Virus record (IMG/VR): IMGVR_UViG_3300047399_000078
Location: 1-37,747 of that record
Origin: a virus
Lineage: Duplodnaviria; Caudoviricetes
Strand: one strand, 5' to 3'
DNA length: 37,747 bases
Part shown: positions 18,500 through 27,638 of the stretch, piece after piece
Numbering within the stretch: position 1 is the stretch's first letter
Layout of the letters: each line of letters starts with the position of its first letter
Translations under genes and position numbers: made by a program
Notes under the pieces: generated by a model
Databases searched by the model: none
Seen by the model: the letters and a program-made list of their open reading frames with translations, nothing else
Told to the model about the DNA's origin: nothing

Positions 18500-21400
18500 A
18501 TGGGCACTCCACTCTTCGACAAGAACGCGAACCAGGTCGTCGACATGGACCCGGCGCAGGTCCCTGCTGCGCTGAAGTCCGGGCAGTTCACGTTCGTCAA
18601 AGGGCGGAACGTGCCCATCATCCAGGACGGCACGCCGATCTGGGTGAAGCCCGAGGATGCAGCGAAGAAGCGCTCGCAGCTTCTCTACACGTCCGACGAG
18701 GAAGTGGAGCGCTCGCAGGCGGAGCAGAAGACGGCGGGCCTTGGTGGCGCGGCGAAGGCGCTGGCATACGGCGGCTTCAAGTCGGCGACGCTTGGCCTTG
18801 GCCCGCTCGTGGCCGGGGCGGTGAGCCCCGAGGCCAGGGAGACGTTCCGCGAGCTTGAACTTGGACGCCCCGGGCTGACGACGCTCGGCGAGCTTGGCGG
18901 CCTTGCGTTCGACCCCTTCGCGGCGGCGGCGAAGCTTGGTCAGCGCGGCGCGGCCAAGGGCGCTGCGGCGGCAGCGGAGAGGGCGGCGGCGCAGCGAGCG
19001 TCCGTTTCTCCGGCCTTGAAGCTCGGCGAGGCGGCGACCGAGGCGGCAGCGGTGCCCCCGGCGCAAACGGCGAGGAGTGCAGCAGAGCAGACGGCGGGGT
19101 TGGGTGCGCAGAGAGCGGCCATTGGTCCGCAGGTTACGCCCAGCCTTGGAGGCGCGCAAGCGCTTGCTCCGACGGCGGAAGAGGCGGCTCAGCTTGCGGC
19201 CGAGGCCGAGGCTCGCCGGCTTGCGCTTGGGCGCAGCGCCGTAGCGCGCGGGCGAGCGATCGCCGAAGAAGAGACGCCGAGCTTTGGACCGCTGATGGAG
19301 CGGATGCCGCCGGAGCCTGGATTCCGACTCGGCACCGACCCGTATCAGACGCCGGAACTGGCGATGCGGGGCCGGCAGGCGGAGGAATTGACGCGCAGAG
19401 CCGCAGCGGCTCGTGGAGCAGAAACGCGCATGGCGGAAGAAGCGGCCGGCATGGAGCGAGGGCTCCAGCCTGGGCAAGTCGGACCCGTCGAGGACTTTGC
19501 TCAGATGCCTGGCTCCGCGATGGAGCGAGACTACCTGCAATCGGAGCTTTCGCGCATTGACGACGCCCTTGAAGCGAATGCTGCGGCAGCGCGCCGAGCG
19601 CGCTCGTCGGCGAGCCGCGATCGGATCGGTGCGGAGCGCGAGCAACTCTTGGCCGAGCGCGAGCGGCTTGACGTTGCCAACATGCGGACCGGGATGCGCG
19701 CGGAGGAAGACCTCGCGACCCAAGCCGAACGAGCATACGAAGCCACTCAGATGCAGGCGGCGGCCCCGGGCCGCGCCGCCGAGGCGCAACGTGCCGGTAG
19801 GATGGCCGCAGACATAGAGGCCGCAAATACCCTTCCCCCAACGCTGCGCACGGCGGGCACGGACTTCGGCGGCGTGTCGCCGGCGTCCCCGTTTGGAGAG
19901 CGGATTGCCGGCCTGCCTCTCGGCCGCGCAGCGGAAGGCGTCGGTGCTCTTGAGACGCCCGGACTCGTGTCGGCGGCTGGAGCGCGCACGATGGCGCCGA
20001 TGGGGAAGCTGGCTGAGACGACGATCCCGGAAGCAGGCTTCAAGCTCGGCAAAGCTGGCAGAGCTGCGCTGGAGCAAGGCATCTACGGCGCCGCATCGCA
20101 GGCGCAGCGTCAGCAGCTTGGCCTGGAGGAAGGCGGGGCGAAGGAGATCGCCGAGGCCGGGCTCCTCGGGGCCGGCATCGGCGCCGGACTGACCCTCGGT
20201 GGGCAGAAGCTCGCCAAGGGGGCGAAGGCGCTCACCGAGGTCGCCTCGCAGTCGGCGGGGCCAGACTTGGGCTCGAAGATCGGGCAGGCGGCTGCTCGCG
20301 CGGAGGAGTCGTATCTCCTGCGCATGTTTGGCCTCGACAAGAAGACCATCAAGGAGCTGAACGTTCGCATGGTCGACGCCGGCGCTGGCAAGCGCGGCAC
20401 GAGCGAGTTTGCGGACTTCGCTCGCAACGGCATCGCCAACCTTGAGGCTCTCAAGGCGGAGTTCCCGGAGAACCAGTTCCTCCAGAGCATCGACTTCTCG
20501 CGCGGCCCGTTGCGCTTCGGCAAGCTGAACCCGGAGCAGCGCACGGCCTTTGCCGAGGCGCTGATGAACAGCACCGGCAAAAGCATCGAGGACGTCTACT
20601 CGCAGGCGGCGGGGCAGACGGTCAACTCGGCGAACCTGGCGGACGCGATCATGCGCGTGCGCTCGTCGCTCCAGAGCAAGGGCCTCGGCGACCTGCCGAT
20701 GGAGACGATCCGCGGCGAGCTGAAGGCCTTCGAGGACTCGCTGCGCCGCGGCGAGCAGTACACCGTCGGAAGCCTGCGTGAGTACGAGAAGAACCTGAGT
20801 GCTCGGTTCCGAGAGGCTCGCGGGAAAGAGCCGTTCACTGAGGCGCAGAAGCTCTTCCGCGACGAGGTGAAGAAGGCATACCTCGACGCGGCGAAGGAAG
20901 TTATCCCCGACATCGAGGCTCGACTCGCGGTCCCGAACCGCGAGTACTCGATCGCCGAGCGCATGTTCAAGGGCGCCCAGGACGTCGAGGCACGGCTCGC
21001 CGGCACGTCTCCGGTGGGCCGCGACTCGCTCGCGCAGTTCGCCCTCGGCGTCGTGGCCGTCCTGAACCCCGTCGGCGCCGTTTCGTTCCTCGTCGCCACG
21101 ACGGCGCTGCGCGGCATCTACAACCAGCGGGGCGAGGGCATCCTGGCCGACCTGGCAGGCAAGCTCGCGGGCAAGGGCATCAGCGTCGTCAAGGCGCCTC
21201 AGCAGGCGGCCCAGGAGGCCGTCAGCAGCGTCATCAACGCCCGGAGGCCCCTGCTCATGGGTTACAACGCCGAGCGCCTTGTAGAGGCATCTCCGGCCGA
21301 CTACACGGAGCTGGCGAAGTCGGTGCGGGAGCTTCAGGCTACGCGCGGCGAGATGCAGGGCCGGCTGGAGCAGGCGGTATCGCGCCTGCCTCCGGCAGAG

Positions 21401-21910
21401 CAGCAAAAGGCGCTGGCGGACTTTGACCAGGTGGTGAACACGCTGGAGTCGAACCTGCCGAAGGGCCTCTCGACGGAGAAGGCGCTGTCCGAGCAGGAGA
21501 AGCGCTACATGGTCTTTGCGCGCTCGGTGCTCGACCAGGTCTACGGGACGCAGGTCGTCTCGAACGGCGGTCAGTACGCCGAGGAGGCGGCCCGCGCCTT
21601 CCAGTCGGTGCCGGGCGGCAAGGAGTACCTCGACAAGTTTGCCGAGGACCTGCGCACGCGCATCAACGAGAACGAGAAGCTGCGCGGCAACGAGCAGCTC
21701 ATGCAGGTCTACCGCAACGTGAAGCGCGCCTCGGGGGTGAAGGGCCTCTCGGGCGGGCGCAAGGGCGCCATCATGTTCTCCAGCAGCGCCATGTTTGGCC
21801 AGGGCGGCGGAGAAGGCGGGGGCGGCGGCCTTGGGGCCGCGCCGAAGGTCGGAGCGTCTGCGCGGCAGCAGGCCGGGCAATCGCTGGCCGGAGTCTTCAA
21901 GACGCAGTGA
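18500..21910 (+). CDS. large internal virion / DNA ejection protein
   Basis: 1136 aa, Ala/Gly/Glu-rich, SATLGLG and GxxxG hydrophobic segments typical of podovirus ejection proteins. Confidence 0.65.
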   Translation: MGTPLFDKNANQVVDMDPAQVPAALKSGQFTFVKGRNVPIIQDGTPIWVKPEDAAKKRSQLLYTSDEEVERSQAEQKTAGLGGAAKALAYGGFKSATLGLGPLVAGAVSPEARETFRELELGRPGLTTLGELGGLAFDPFAAAAKLGQRGAAKGAAAAAERAAAQRASVSPALKLGEAATEAAAVPPAQTARSAAEQTAGLGAQRAAIGPQVTPSLGGAQALAPTAEEAAQLAAEAEARRLALGRSAVARGRAIAEEETPSFGPLMERMPPEPGFRLGTDPYQTPELAMRGRQAEELTRRAAAARGAETRMAEEAAGMERGLQPGQVGPVEDFAQMPGSAMERDYLQSELSRIDDALEANAAAARRARSSASRDRIGAEREQLLAERERLDVANMRTGMRAEEDLATQAERAYEATQMQAAAPGRAAEAQRAGRMAADIEAANTLPPTLRTAGTDFGGVSPASPFGERIAGLPLGRAAEGVGALETPGLVSAAGARTMAPMGKLAETTIPEAGFKLGKAGRAALEQGIYGAASQAQRQQLGLEEGGAKEIAEAGLLGAGIGAGLTLGGQKLAKGAKALTEVASQSAGPDLGSKIGQAAARAEESYLLRMFGLDKKTIKELNVRMVDAGAGKRGTSEFADFARNGIANLEALKAEFPENQFLQSIDFSRGPLRFGKLNPEQRTAFAEALMNSTGKSIEDVYSQAAGQTVNSANLADAIMRVRSSLQSKGLGDLPMETIRGELKAFEDSLRRGEQYTVGSLREYEKNLSARFREARGKEPFTEAQKLFRDEVKKAYLDAAKEVIPDIEARLAVPNREYSIAERMFKGAQDVEARLAGTSPVGRDSLAQFALGVVAVLNPVGAVSFLVATTALRGIYNQRGEGILADLAGKLAGKGISVVKAPQQAAQEAVSSVINARRPLLMGYNAERLVEASPADYTELAKSVRELQATRGEMQGRLEQAVSRLPPAEQQKALADFDQVVNTLESNLPKGLSTEKALSEQEKRYMVFARSVLDQVYGTQVVSNGGQYAEEAARAFQSVPGGKEYLDKFAEDLRTRINENEKLRGNEQLMQVYRNVKRASGVKGLSGGRKGAIMFSSSAMFGQGGGEGGGGGLGAAPKVGASARQQAGQSLAGVFKTQ

Positions 21911-21944
21911 GCTTAGAGTGAACACCTGAGATGAGGAGACGACG

Positions 21945-22364
21945 ATGCGTGTAGGATCTGGACTTTCAAACGGCGTGCGGCAGTACGCGGTGTCTGTCGA
22001 CAACAATGCCTGGTATCAACTCGAATCGCAGACGGGCGGGCTTGTGGCGGACACCGGCCTCGCGGCAGCGATGCCGGTCATGCGCTGGCGTGGGCAGGCT
22101 GGCACTGGCACCGACGCGGGCACCGTGCGTAGCAACACGTACGACTACGCCCAGGGCTACCTGATTCAGAACACGAGCGCGACGCAGACGCTCTACCTGA
22201 CGACGACGTATGATCAAGTCGCGAACGGCACGCCGACGAACCGACTCGTGGCGAACGCCATCGCCATCGCTCCAGGCGGCAGCCTGAAGCTCGATGCGAC
22301 GGATGGTTCCAAGATCTACCTTCGGGCGAGTGGCGCCCTTGTCGCTGCCGTGCTGGCGGTCTGA
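21945..22364 (+). CDS. virion protein, beta-sandwich
   Basis: LIQNTSATQTLYL...IAIAPGGSL; GAGGAG RBS. Confidence 0.6.
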   Translation: MRVGSGLSNGVRQYAVSVDNNAWYQLESQTGGLVADTGLAAAMPVMRWRGQAGTGTDAGTVRSNTYDYAQGYLIQNTSATQTLYLTTTYDQVANGTPTNRLVANAIAIAPGGSLKLDATDGSKIYLRASGALVAAVLAV

Positions 22365-22373
22365 GGAGGCACC

Positions 22374-23744
22374 ATGAGCGCACCAGACATTCTCTACCCT
22401 CCTCCGGTCGGCGGCGGCACCCCTGTCGGCGGCTCTGGCACCGGTGGCACCATCCCCCGATGGAGCGGCGCTGGCGCATCGAGCACGCTGACGGATTCGG
22501 AGCTTATCCAGAGCGCAACTGGCATCTATACCACGACGCGGAACATCGGCATCGGCGTCGACCCTGGCACCGTCAAGCTGCGTATCACTGGTGGTGCGGC
22601 AAACGATTGGATAATTCGCGGAAACGCATCTGGCACCATTGGACAAAGCTACGGCGCTCTTCTCGACGCTGGAACGAACGCAAGCGATACGGCATTTCAA
22701 CTTCGGTCGGCAAGCGGAGCGTCCACGCACCTCTACGTGCGCGGCGACGGCTACGTCGGCATCGGCACGGCGAGCCCGCTTGCTCTCGTGCATGCAAACG
22801 GCAGCTCTTCTGGTGCGGTGCAAGCATTCATCCGCAACACGAACGGTGGTACGAATAGCAGTGCCGAACTTGCATTTGGCGTGTGGTCCGGCGCCATCCC
22901 GACCGGAAGCGGCAACCCTGGTCCGAGCGCAAAACTCGTTGCGCTAAACGAAAACGCCGCGAACGCATCAACGTCGCTCACATTCTGGACATATAATGGA
23001 AGCGGCACTCCAGCCAGCGCCGAACGCGCCCGCATCGACAGCACCGGCAACGTGCTCCTAAATACTCAAACAGCAGCCGGCGGATATAGCCCGCTCGTCA
23101 TCAACGGTCTTTCTGGATCTCCAAAGAACGGAAACGCTGGCATTCAGCTCAATTATAATGGCGGCGCCTATGGCGGCGGTGCCATCACTACCGTCAACGC
23201 TGCCGGTGGCGGTCTTGCATTCTACACTTATACTGGTAACATCGGGGGCGAGTCGTACACCGAGCGCGCCCGCATCGACAGCAGCGGCAACCTCATCCTC
23301 AACAGCGCCACCACCAACGCGACGATCCAGGCGACGGGCACGGGGCAGGGCCTCAAGCTCAACTCGACGCCGAGCGCAACGGGCGCGGGTACGGAACAAA
23401 TCCTGGACTGCTACGCGGAGGGGACGTGGTCGCCGACACCGGCAAACTTTGGCGGGACTACGCCGACGATCACCAGCGCGCGTTATACGCGAGTCGGGCG
23501 CGTTGTAACGTTGCAGGTGTTGATCCAGGCGACCGGTGCAAACCCGTTTAGCTCGACTGCCGGAAATACTTACTTACCTCTTCCGAGCGGCATGACTCCC
23601 GCGATTTCGGCGCCTGGATCTACTTCTGAAAGCGGGATTGCGGCAGATGGCCCATGCGTGGCTTACGACAACGGACGGCTGTATCTTCCGACGTTTGCTC
23701 TGCGCCTTACCAATACATACCTAAACGTCACGTATACCGTCTAA
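22374..23744 (+). CDS. tail fibre protein
   Basis: NIGIG and VGIGTASP repeats, ERARIDSxGN repeats, C-terminal LDCYAEGTWSP...ARYTRVGRVVTL head domain. Confidence 0.85.
   Translation: MSAPDILYPPPVGGGTPVGGSGTGGTIPRWSGAGASSTLTDSELIQSATGIYTTTRNIGIGVDPGTVKLRITGGAANDWIIRGNASGTIGQSYGALLDAGTNASDTAFQLRSASGASTHLYVRGDGYVGIGTASPLALVHANGSSSGAVQAFIRNTNGGTNSSAELAFGVWSGAIPTGSGNPGPSAKLVALNENAANASTSLTFWTYNGSGTPASAERARIDSTGNVLLNTQTAAGGYSPLVINGLSGSPKNGNAGIQLNYNGGAYGGGAITTVNAAGGGLAFYTYTGNIGGESYTERARIDSSGNLILNSATTNATIQATGTGQGLKLNSTPSATGAGTEQILDCYAEGTWSPTPANFGGTTPTITSARYTRVGRVVTLQVLIQATGANPFSSTAGNTYLPLPSGMTPAISAPGSTSESGIAADGPCVAYDNGRLYLPTFALRLTNTYLNVTYTV
23020..23291 (+). repeat. 32-bp direct repeat pair, 240 bp apart, inside the tail fibre gene
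   Basis: ccgaacgcgcccgcatcgacagcaccggcaac vs ccgagcgcgcccgcatcgacagcagcggcaac. Confidence 0.85.
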
Positions 23745-23753
23745 GGATTCCCC

Positions 23754-24146
23754 ATGTTCGCCATCATCGAACCCGTAACCGTCTTCCCGAGCACCGCGAC
23801 GGTGCTCGTCCTCTCCAACCCCGTCGTGAGCCTCGGCCAGTCGGCCATGTTCACGGCGTACCTCAAAGACACGCCCGAGGGCGCGTACCTGACCCCCGGC
23901 ACCGGGCTCACCATGGCCGGTGAAGCCTATGCTCAGTGGGGCACGGATGACGAGTACCCCTATCGCTGGGCCGCGCAGCAGCTCGGCCTCACCATCATCG
24001 AGATCGTGCCCGACGCGCCGCCCGCCCCGCCCGTCGTCGCGCCGCCGGCTCCCGTCGAGCCTGCGCCGGTTGACGCGCCCGCCCCTGTCGTGGCACCTTC
24101 CGATGAAGCCGCACCTGCGGTGGATGGAGGAACCAATGAAGCCTGA
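23754..24146 (+). CDS. tail-fibre-associated protein (possible assembly chaperone)
   Basis: follows the fibre gene; YAQWGTDDEY...AQQLGLT; Pro/Ala tail. Confidence 0.55.
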   Translation: MFAIIEPVTVFPSTATVLVLSNPVVSLGQSAMFTAYLKDTPEGAYLTPGTGLTMAGEAYAQWGTDDEYPYRWAAQQLGLTIIEIVPDAPPAPPVVAPPAPVEPAPVDAPAPVVAPSDEAAPAVDGGTNEA

Positions 24147-24327
24147 TCAAGCATTCCAGAACATCGTCGCTGCCATCGAACTCGGCCAGTCGAAGGGCGC
24201 CTACGCGCTCTCGCAGAGCGTGGCCATCTCGCAGAGCCTCGAAGTCCTCGCGTCTCTCGTGAAGGTCGAAGTCGAGCGCCAGGCCCCTGTCGTCCAGCCC
24301 CCGGCGCAAGCCGTGGCCGAGGCGTGA
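24136..24327 (+). CDS. small hypothetical protein (MKPDQAFQNI...KGAYAL)
   Basis: GGAGG RBS. Confidence 0.65.
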   Translation: MKPDQAFQNIVAAIELGQSKGAYALSQSVAISQSLEVLASLVKVEVERQAPVVQPPAQAVAEA

Positions 24328-24584
24328 TGGCGTCGCCGAGCACGAAGAGCGTCGCCGAGGAAGCAGCCGAGAAGGCCGTCCGCGAGACGTTTCTTCTGCT
24401 CGGCGTCGACGTTGACGACCACGAGAGCATCGAGTCGTTCCGCGAGGACATCTCCTTCTCGCGAGGCATGCGCAAGCGCGCTGAGCAGGGAGTCGACGTG
24501 TTCTTCAAGCTGGTCTTCGCCAGCATCGCGACCGCGATCATCTCCGCTGTGTGGAAGTACCTGCACCCGGGGTCGCACTCGTGA
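24327..24584 (+). CDS. membrane protein with C-terminal TM helix, possible holin/antiholin
   Basis: VFFKLVFASIATAIISAVW; lysis-module position. Confidence 0.55.
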   Translation: MASPSTKSVAEEAAEKAVRETFLLLGVDVDDHESIESFREDISFSRGMRKRAEQGVDVFFKLVFASIATAIISAVWKYLHPGSHS

Positions 24585-24799
24585 GCGACCATATCCCCTG
24601 GTGGTCGGCGATCGTTTGGCCGTGCTTCACGGCCGTCCTGAACATCGTCCTCCGCACCCGTACGCCCGAGGAGTGGGTTGAGCGCTGCGAGCGTTCCCCA
24701 CGCCTCGCGGCGTTCACCCGCCTCATGCGCTCGACGGGGCTCGACCCCGTCAAGGCGGTGCAGGCGCTCGGCGAGTTCACCGCAGGAGGCAAGCAGTGA
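24581..24799 (+). CDS. putative holin-like membrane protein (GTG start)
   Basis: WWSAIVWPCFTAVLNIVL N-terminal TM; GTGA overlap. Confidence 0.55.
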   Translation: MSDHIPWWSAIVWPCFTAVLNIVLRTRTPEEWVERCERSPRLAAFTRLMRSTGLDPVKAVQALGEFTAGGKQ

Positions 24800-25047
24800 T
24801 GCGTCATGCGACAGGGTTGGCGATTCTGGTTTCTGCTGGCGCGGCTGCTGGCTGCTGTACTCCGCGCTGGCCTACGACGGCTTCTCTGCCTCCCGCGCAG
24901 AGGGCCGTCCGCTACGTCGCCCAGGCGGTCAAAGAGGCCGACCGGCGCTGCGCCGAGGACTCGGAGACGGCCGAGGAAGCGAAGGCGTGCGTGGCGGTCT
25001 ACGGAGAGTTGAAGCTCACGCTGGTCAAGCTGGAGGATGCGAAATGA
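24799..25047 (+). CDS. putative lipoprotein (spanin-like?)
   Basis: signal peptide ending in lipobox-like AAG-C; GGAGG RBS. Confidence 0.5.
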   Translation: MRHATGLAILVSAGAAAGCCTPRWPTTASLPPAQRAVRYVAQAVKEADRRCAEDSETAEEAKACVAVYGELKLTLVKLEDAK

Positions 25048-25217
25048 CCGAGGAGAAGACGCTAGAGCTGCTGCTCTACGTGCTCGACTGGATCAAGCTC
25101 CGGCACGGCGACGTGTTTGGAGCGCTGCTCGACGACGTGCCCTCGGCCGCCGTCATTCTTGCCGACCGCAGCGCCGCCGAGGCGAAGGCGGCGCAACTCG
25201 CCCAGGAAGGAAAGTAG
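25044..25217 (+). CDS. hypothetical protein (MTEEKTLELL...)
   Basis: GGAGG RBS, ATGA overlap. Confidence 0.6.
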   Translation: MTEEKTLELLLYVLDWIKLRHGDVFGALLDDVPSAAVILADRSAAEAKAAQLAQEGK

Positions 25218-25219
25218 CC

Positions 25220-25387
25220 ATGCCGCTCAGTGCCAACGTGCAGAAGAACTTCGAGAAGCTCTACAACGAGAACGCCGACCGCGAGAAGCTCGGCAAGAAG
25301 GCCCGCCCGCGCAAGCAGATCGTGGCCATCGCGCTTGAGGCTGCGCGCGAGCACGGTGCCAAGCTGCCAGGACGCAAGAAGGGTTGA
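25220..25387 (+). CDS. small basic protein with QIVAIAL motif (DUF6496-like)
   Basis: KKARPRKQIVAIALEAAR. Confidence 0.55.
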   Translation: MPLSANVQKNFEKLYNENADREKLGKKARPRKQIVAIALEAAREHGAKLPGRKKG

Positions 25388-25989
25388 TGGGCGTCGAGCG
25401 TCCTTGTAAGCCGACGCCTGTGACCCCAGAGCAGGTGTTTCTATCGTTGGCGACCGCTTGGCAGATGCTTGCCGGCGAGCCGCCAAAGCGGGACGTTCTC
25501 CACATCATCCATGCTCAAAGCGCGCTGGAGACTGGGCATTGGAAGTACGTGATGAACTACAACCTCGGTGGCGCGAAGCGGCACGGCCAGTGCGACTGGA
25601 CGTACTTCGTGACGACCGAGAGGTTCAAGGATGCGACGGCGGACCAGTACCTCGCCTCCTCGAAGCCTGGGGCCGAGGTGGCGGTGGTGAAGGTGGAAGC
25701 GGGGTACAAGACGCTGCGCTTCCATGGGAAGCAGCAGATGAATTGCTTCGCCTCCTGGGAAGACTTGGACTCGGCCGCGAAGGAGCACCTCGCGCTGCTC
25801 TTCAAGCGCTTTCCGAGCGCCATCGAGAAGGCGAAGGCTGGTGACGTCGACGGCTACGTCTCGGAGCTGAAGCGCAAGGGCTACTTCACGGCGAGCGAGG
25901 ACGAGTACAAGCGGGCGGTCGGGAGCATCGCTCGTCGCTACACGCGCGAGCTTGCGAACGTGCAGCTCCCGACTGTCCTGGTGCTCTAG
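25387..25989 (+). CDS. endolysin, GH73 glucosaminidase/FlgJ-like
   Basis: AQSALETG catalytic Glu, YNLGGAK, F-x-S-x-x-x-x-S, GYFT...Y motifs. Confidence 0.8.
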   Translation: MGVERPCKPTPVTPEQVFLSLATAWQMLAGEPPKRDVLHIIHAQSALETGHWKYVMNYNLGGAKRHGQCDWTYFVTTERFKDATADQYLASSKPGAEVAVVKVEAGYKTLRFHGKQQMNCFASWEDLDSAAKEHLALLFKRFPSAIEKAKAGDVDGYVSELKRKGYFTASEDEYKRAVGSIARRYTRELANVQLPTVLVL

Positions 25990-26504
25990 TCGTTGGCCCC
26001 GAGGAGATCGCTGACGATGGCCTCGGCGACCTCCTCGGCAGACGCCTGCCCTGTGAGGAGACGCGTGCGCATAGAGTCCATGCGCTGCTGCGCTTCGAGC
26101 ACCTTGAGCTTGATGTTCGCCTGCGTGCCAGTGGCCTGCGAGAGCTTGTAGGCGGCGTCGGCAGCGCCGCGCAGGTCGCCCTGCTGCATGCTTTCGCTGA
26201 TGACGTGGGCGAGGGTGGCGGCGACGAGCTGATGCGCCGCCTGCGGGCGCATGATGCTTCGGCGCATGTTCCGCATGGCCTCGCGCTCGCACTGCGAGGC
26301 TTGCGCCTTGGTGAGCTTGTAGGCGGCGGCGACCTCTTCCAGGTCGCGCTCGGAGTCCCAGTCGGATTCGAGCATACGCTTGGTGATCTGCTCGGATGCG
26401 AAGAACTCGGCCTCGTCCCGGGCAAGCGCAAACGGCGGCGGCTTCCAGCGCTGCTCGACGTCGACGGTGGCCATGACGATCGGCTGCTTGGCCTTGCGTG
26501 GCAT
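25986..26504 (-). CDS. HTH-containing helical protein, candidate terminase small subunit
   Basis: LEEVAAAYKLTKAQASQCEREA HTH then GDLRGAADAAYKLSQATG helix pair. Confidence 0.45.
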   Translation of the reverse strand: MPRKAKQPIVMATVDVEQRWKPPPFALARDEAEFFASEQITKRMLESDWDSERDLEEVAAAYKLTKAQASQCEREAMRNMRRSIMRPQAAHQLVAATLAHVISESMQQGDLRGAADAAYKLSQATGTQANIKLKVLEAQQRMDSMRTRLLTGQASAEEVAEAIVSDLLGAND

Positions 26505-26836
26505 TAGCTCTTCTTCGATGCCTGGTAGCGGGCGAGGAGCCCGCGCCCCTTGGCGGCGAGCTTGGCCATGGCCCCGGTGGAGCGAGGCACGGACTCGCCC
26601 CACGCAGCGGCCGAGAGGGCTCGGCGCGTGGGCTTGCCGTTGGGCTTCACGGCGCCGCCCTTGGGGTTCGAGAACATGCGCACGAGGAACGAACCCTTTC
26701 GGCGCATCTTCTCAGGCGTGTTCGCCGGCCCTTTGACCCCGGGCTTCAGGTGTGCACCCTCGGTGCGCGCGTAGTGGCGGCGGCCTTCGGCGGTGAGCCC
26801 GCCCTTCGGGTCCTTGTAGCGCGATACGATGCCCAT
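26504..26836 (-). CDS. basic phage protein, DUF6321-like
   Basis: PKGGLTAEGR...LKPGV...RRKGSFLVRM...PTR...W. Confidence 0.7.
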   Translation of the reverse strand: MGIVSRYKDPKGGLTAEGRRHYARTEGAHLKPGVKGPANTPEKMRRKGSFLVRMFSNPKGGAVKPNGKPTRRALSAAAWGESVPRSTGAMAKLAAKGRGLLARYQASKKS

Positions 26837-26841
26837 GCTTG

Positions 26842-26924
26842 CTCCATGGAGAATAGGTGCGCCGGCCGGGCAGCCAGAAGGGGGATGGAGGGCTCAGTGC
26901 GAGAGACACCCCCGGCCGACGCAC
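26842..26924 (-). promoter_or_regulatory. structured intergenic leader: 14-bp stem with a 40-nt loop next to the RBS
   Basis: arms 26857-26870 and 26911-26924; palindrome CTCCATGGAG 26842-26851 overlaps the RBS. Confidence 0.45.
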
Positions 26925-26931
26925 GGTCACA

Positions 26932-27300
26932 CTACCGCATCTTCGGCGGCCGTCCACGGCGTTTCTGCGGTTGCACTGGCGCGTGCTGCTCGATCACCTT
27001 CAGGTGCTCTGGATTGGTGACGTGCAGTTCGACGGGCGCGGGCGTCATGGTCATGGTTGCGTTTGCGTCGATTCTCACGCGCTCGACAGGCTCCGGTGCC
27101 GGCGGAGCCTCCTGCACGACGTCGGCGCAGCGCACCATGCTCGTGCTGATGACCTGGCGCGTCACGCCATCCTTCCGAATGTGGAGCCAGTCGCCGATGA
27201 CGATGACCTCGAAGCCCTCCTTCGGGGACAGGGACTCGCTGTACTGCGTGCTCCAGGGAGCTTTGACGGGGAAAAGCAGGAAGACGTTTACAAGTCGCAT
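26932..27300 (-). CDS. hypothetical protein with C-terminal KRRGRPPK AT-hook-like tail
   Basis: GGAGG RBS before ATG 27300. Confidence 0.7.
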   Translation of the reverse strand: MRLVNVFLLFPVKAPWSTQYSESLSPKEGFEVIVIGDWLHIRKDGVTRQVISTSMVRCADVVQEAPPAPEPVERVRIDANATMTMTPAPVELHVTNPEHLKVIEQHAPVQPQKRRGRPPKMR

Positions 27301-27638
27301 TGGCGACACCTCCGGGGGGTTGAGTAACGGAGAGCGCACTCCGTGATGGTCTGCGAGCGGTTGCACTTCCGACAGAGGACGTGCCACTTGCGGCGCCCCT
27401 CGGCGCGCTCGACGAGGGTGTAGATGCCAATCTCGGCGCCTTTGACAAACCTGGAGCCGCGGTTGCGGGGCGAGCCGCAGCCGCAGGACCGTACGCCGGC
27501 GAGCAGGATGGCGGAGCGAGTGACGGCCGTTGGCGTGCCGCACTCGCAGACTTGGCGGAAGGGAGAGAGGCTGGTGATGGTCAGCTTGCCGACCTTCTGG
27601 CCAGTCTCCCACTCGCCGCGGATGAAGCTACTTCGCAC
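27288..27638 (-). CDS. tandem two-copy Cys-rich module, paralogous to 282-500
   Basis: GQKVGKLTI...CECG...GVRSCGC then GIYTLV...WHVLCRKC...CRQC. Confidence 0.65.
   Translation of the reverse strand: MRSSFIRGEWETGQKVGKLTITSLSPFRQVCECGTPTAVTRSAILLAGVRSCGCGSPRNRGSRFVKGAEIGIYTLVERAEGRRKWHVLCRKCNRSQTITECALRYSTPRRCRQCDL

Noticed and set aside
16730-22006. 1758-aa minus-strand ORF
   Set aside because: Antisense shadow of GC3-biased ejection genes; Arg/Leu/Ala-rich with no motifs
22374-23744. Diversity-generating retroelement or shufflon at the tail fibre
   Set aside because: No reverse transcriptase, invertase, or adenine-specific template/variable repeat pair seen
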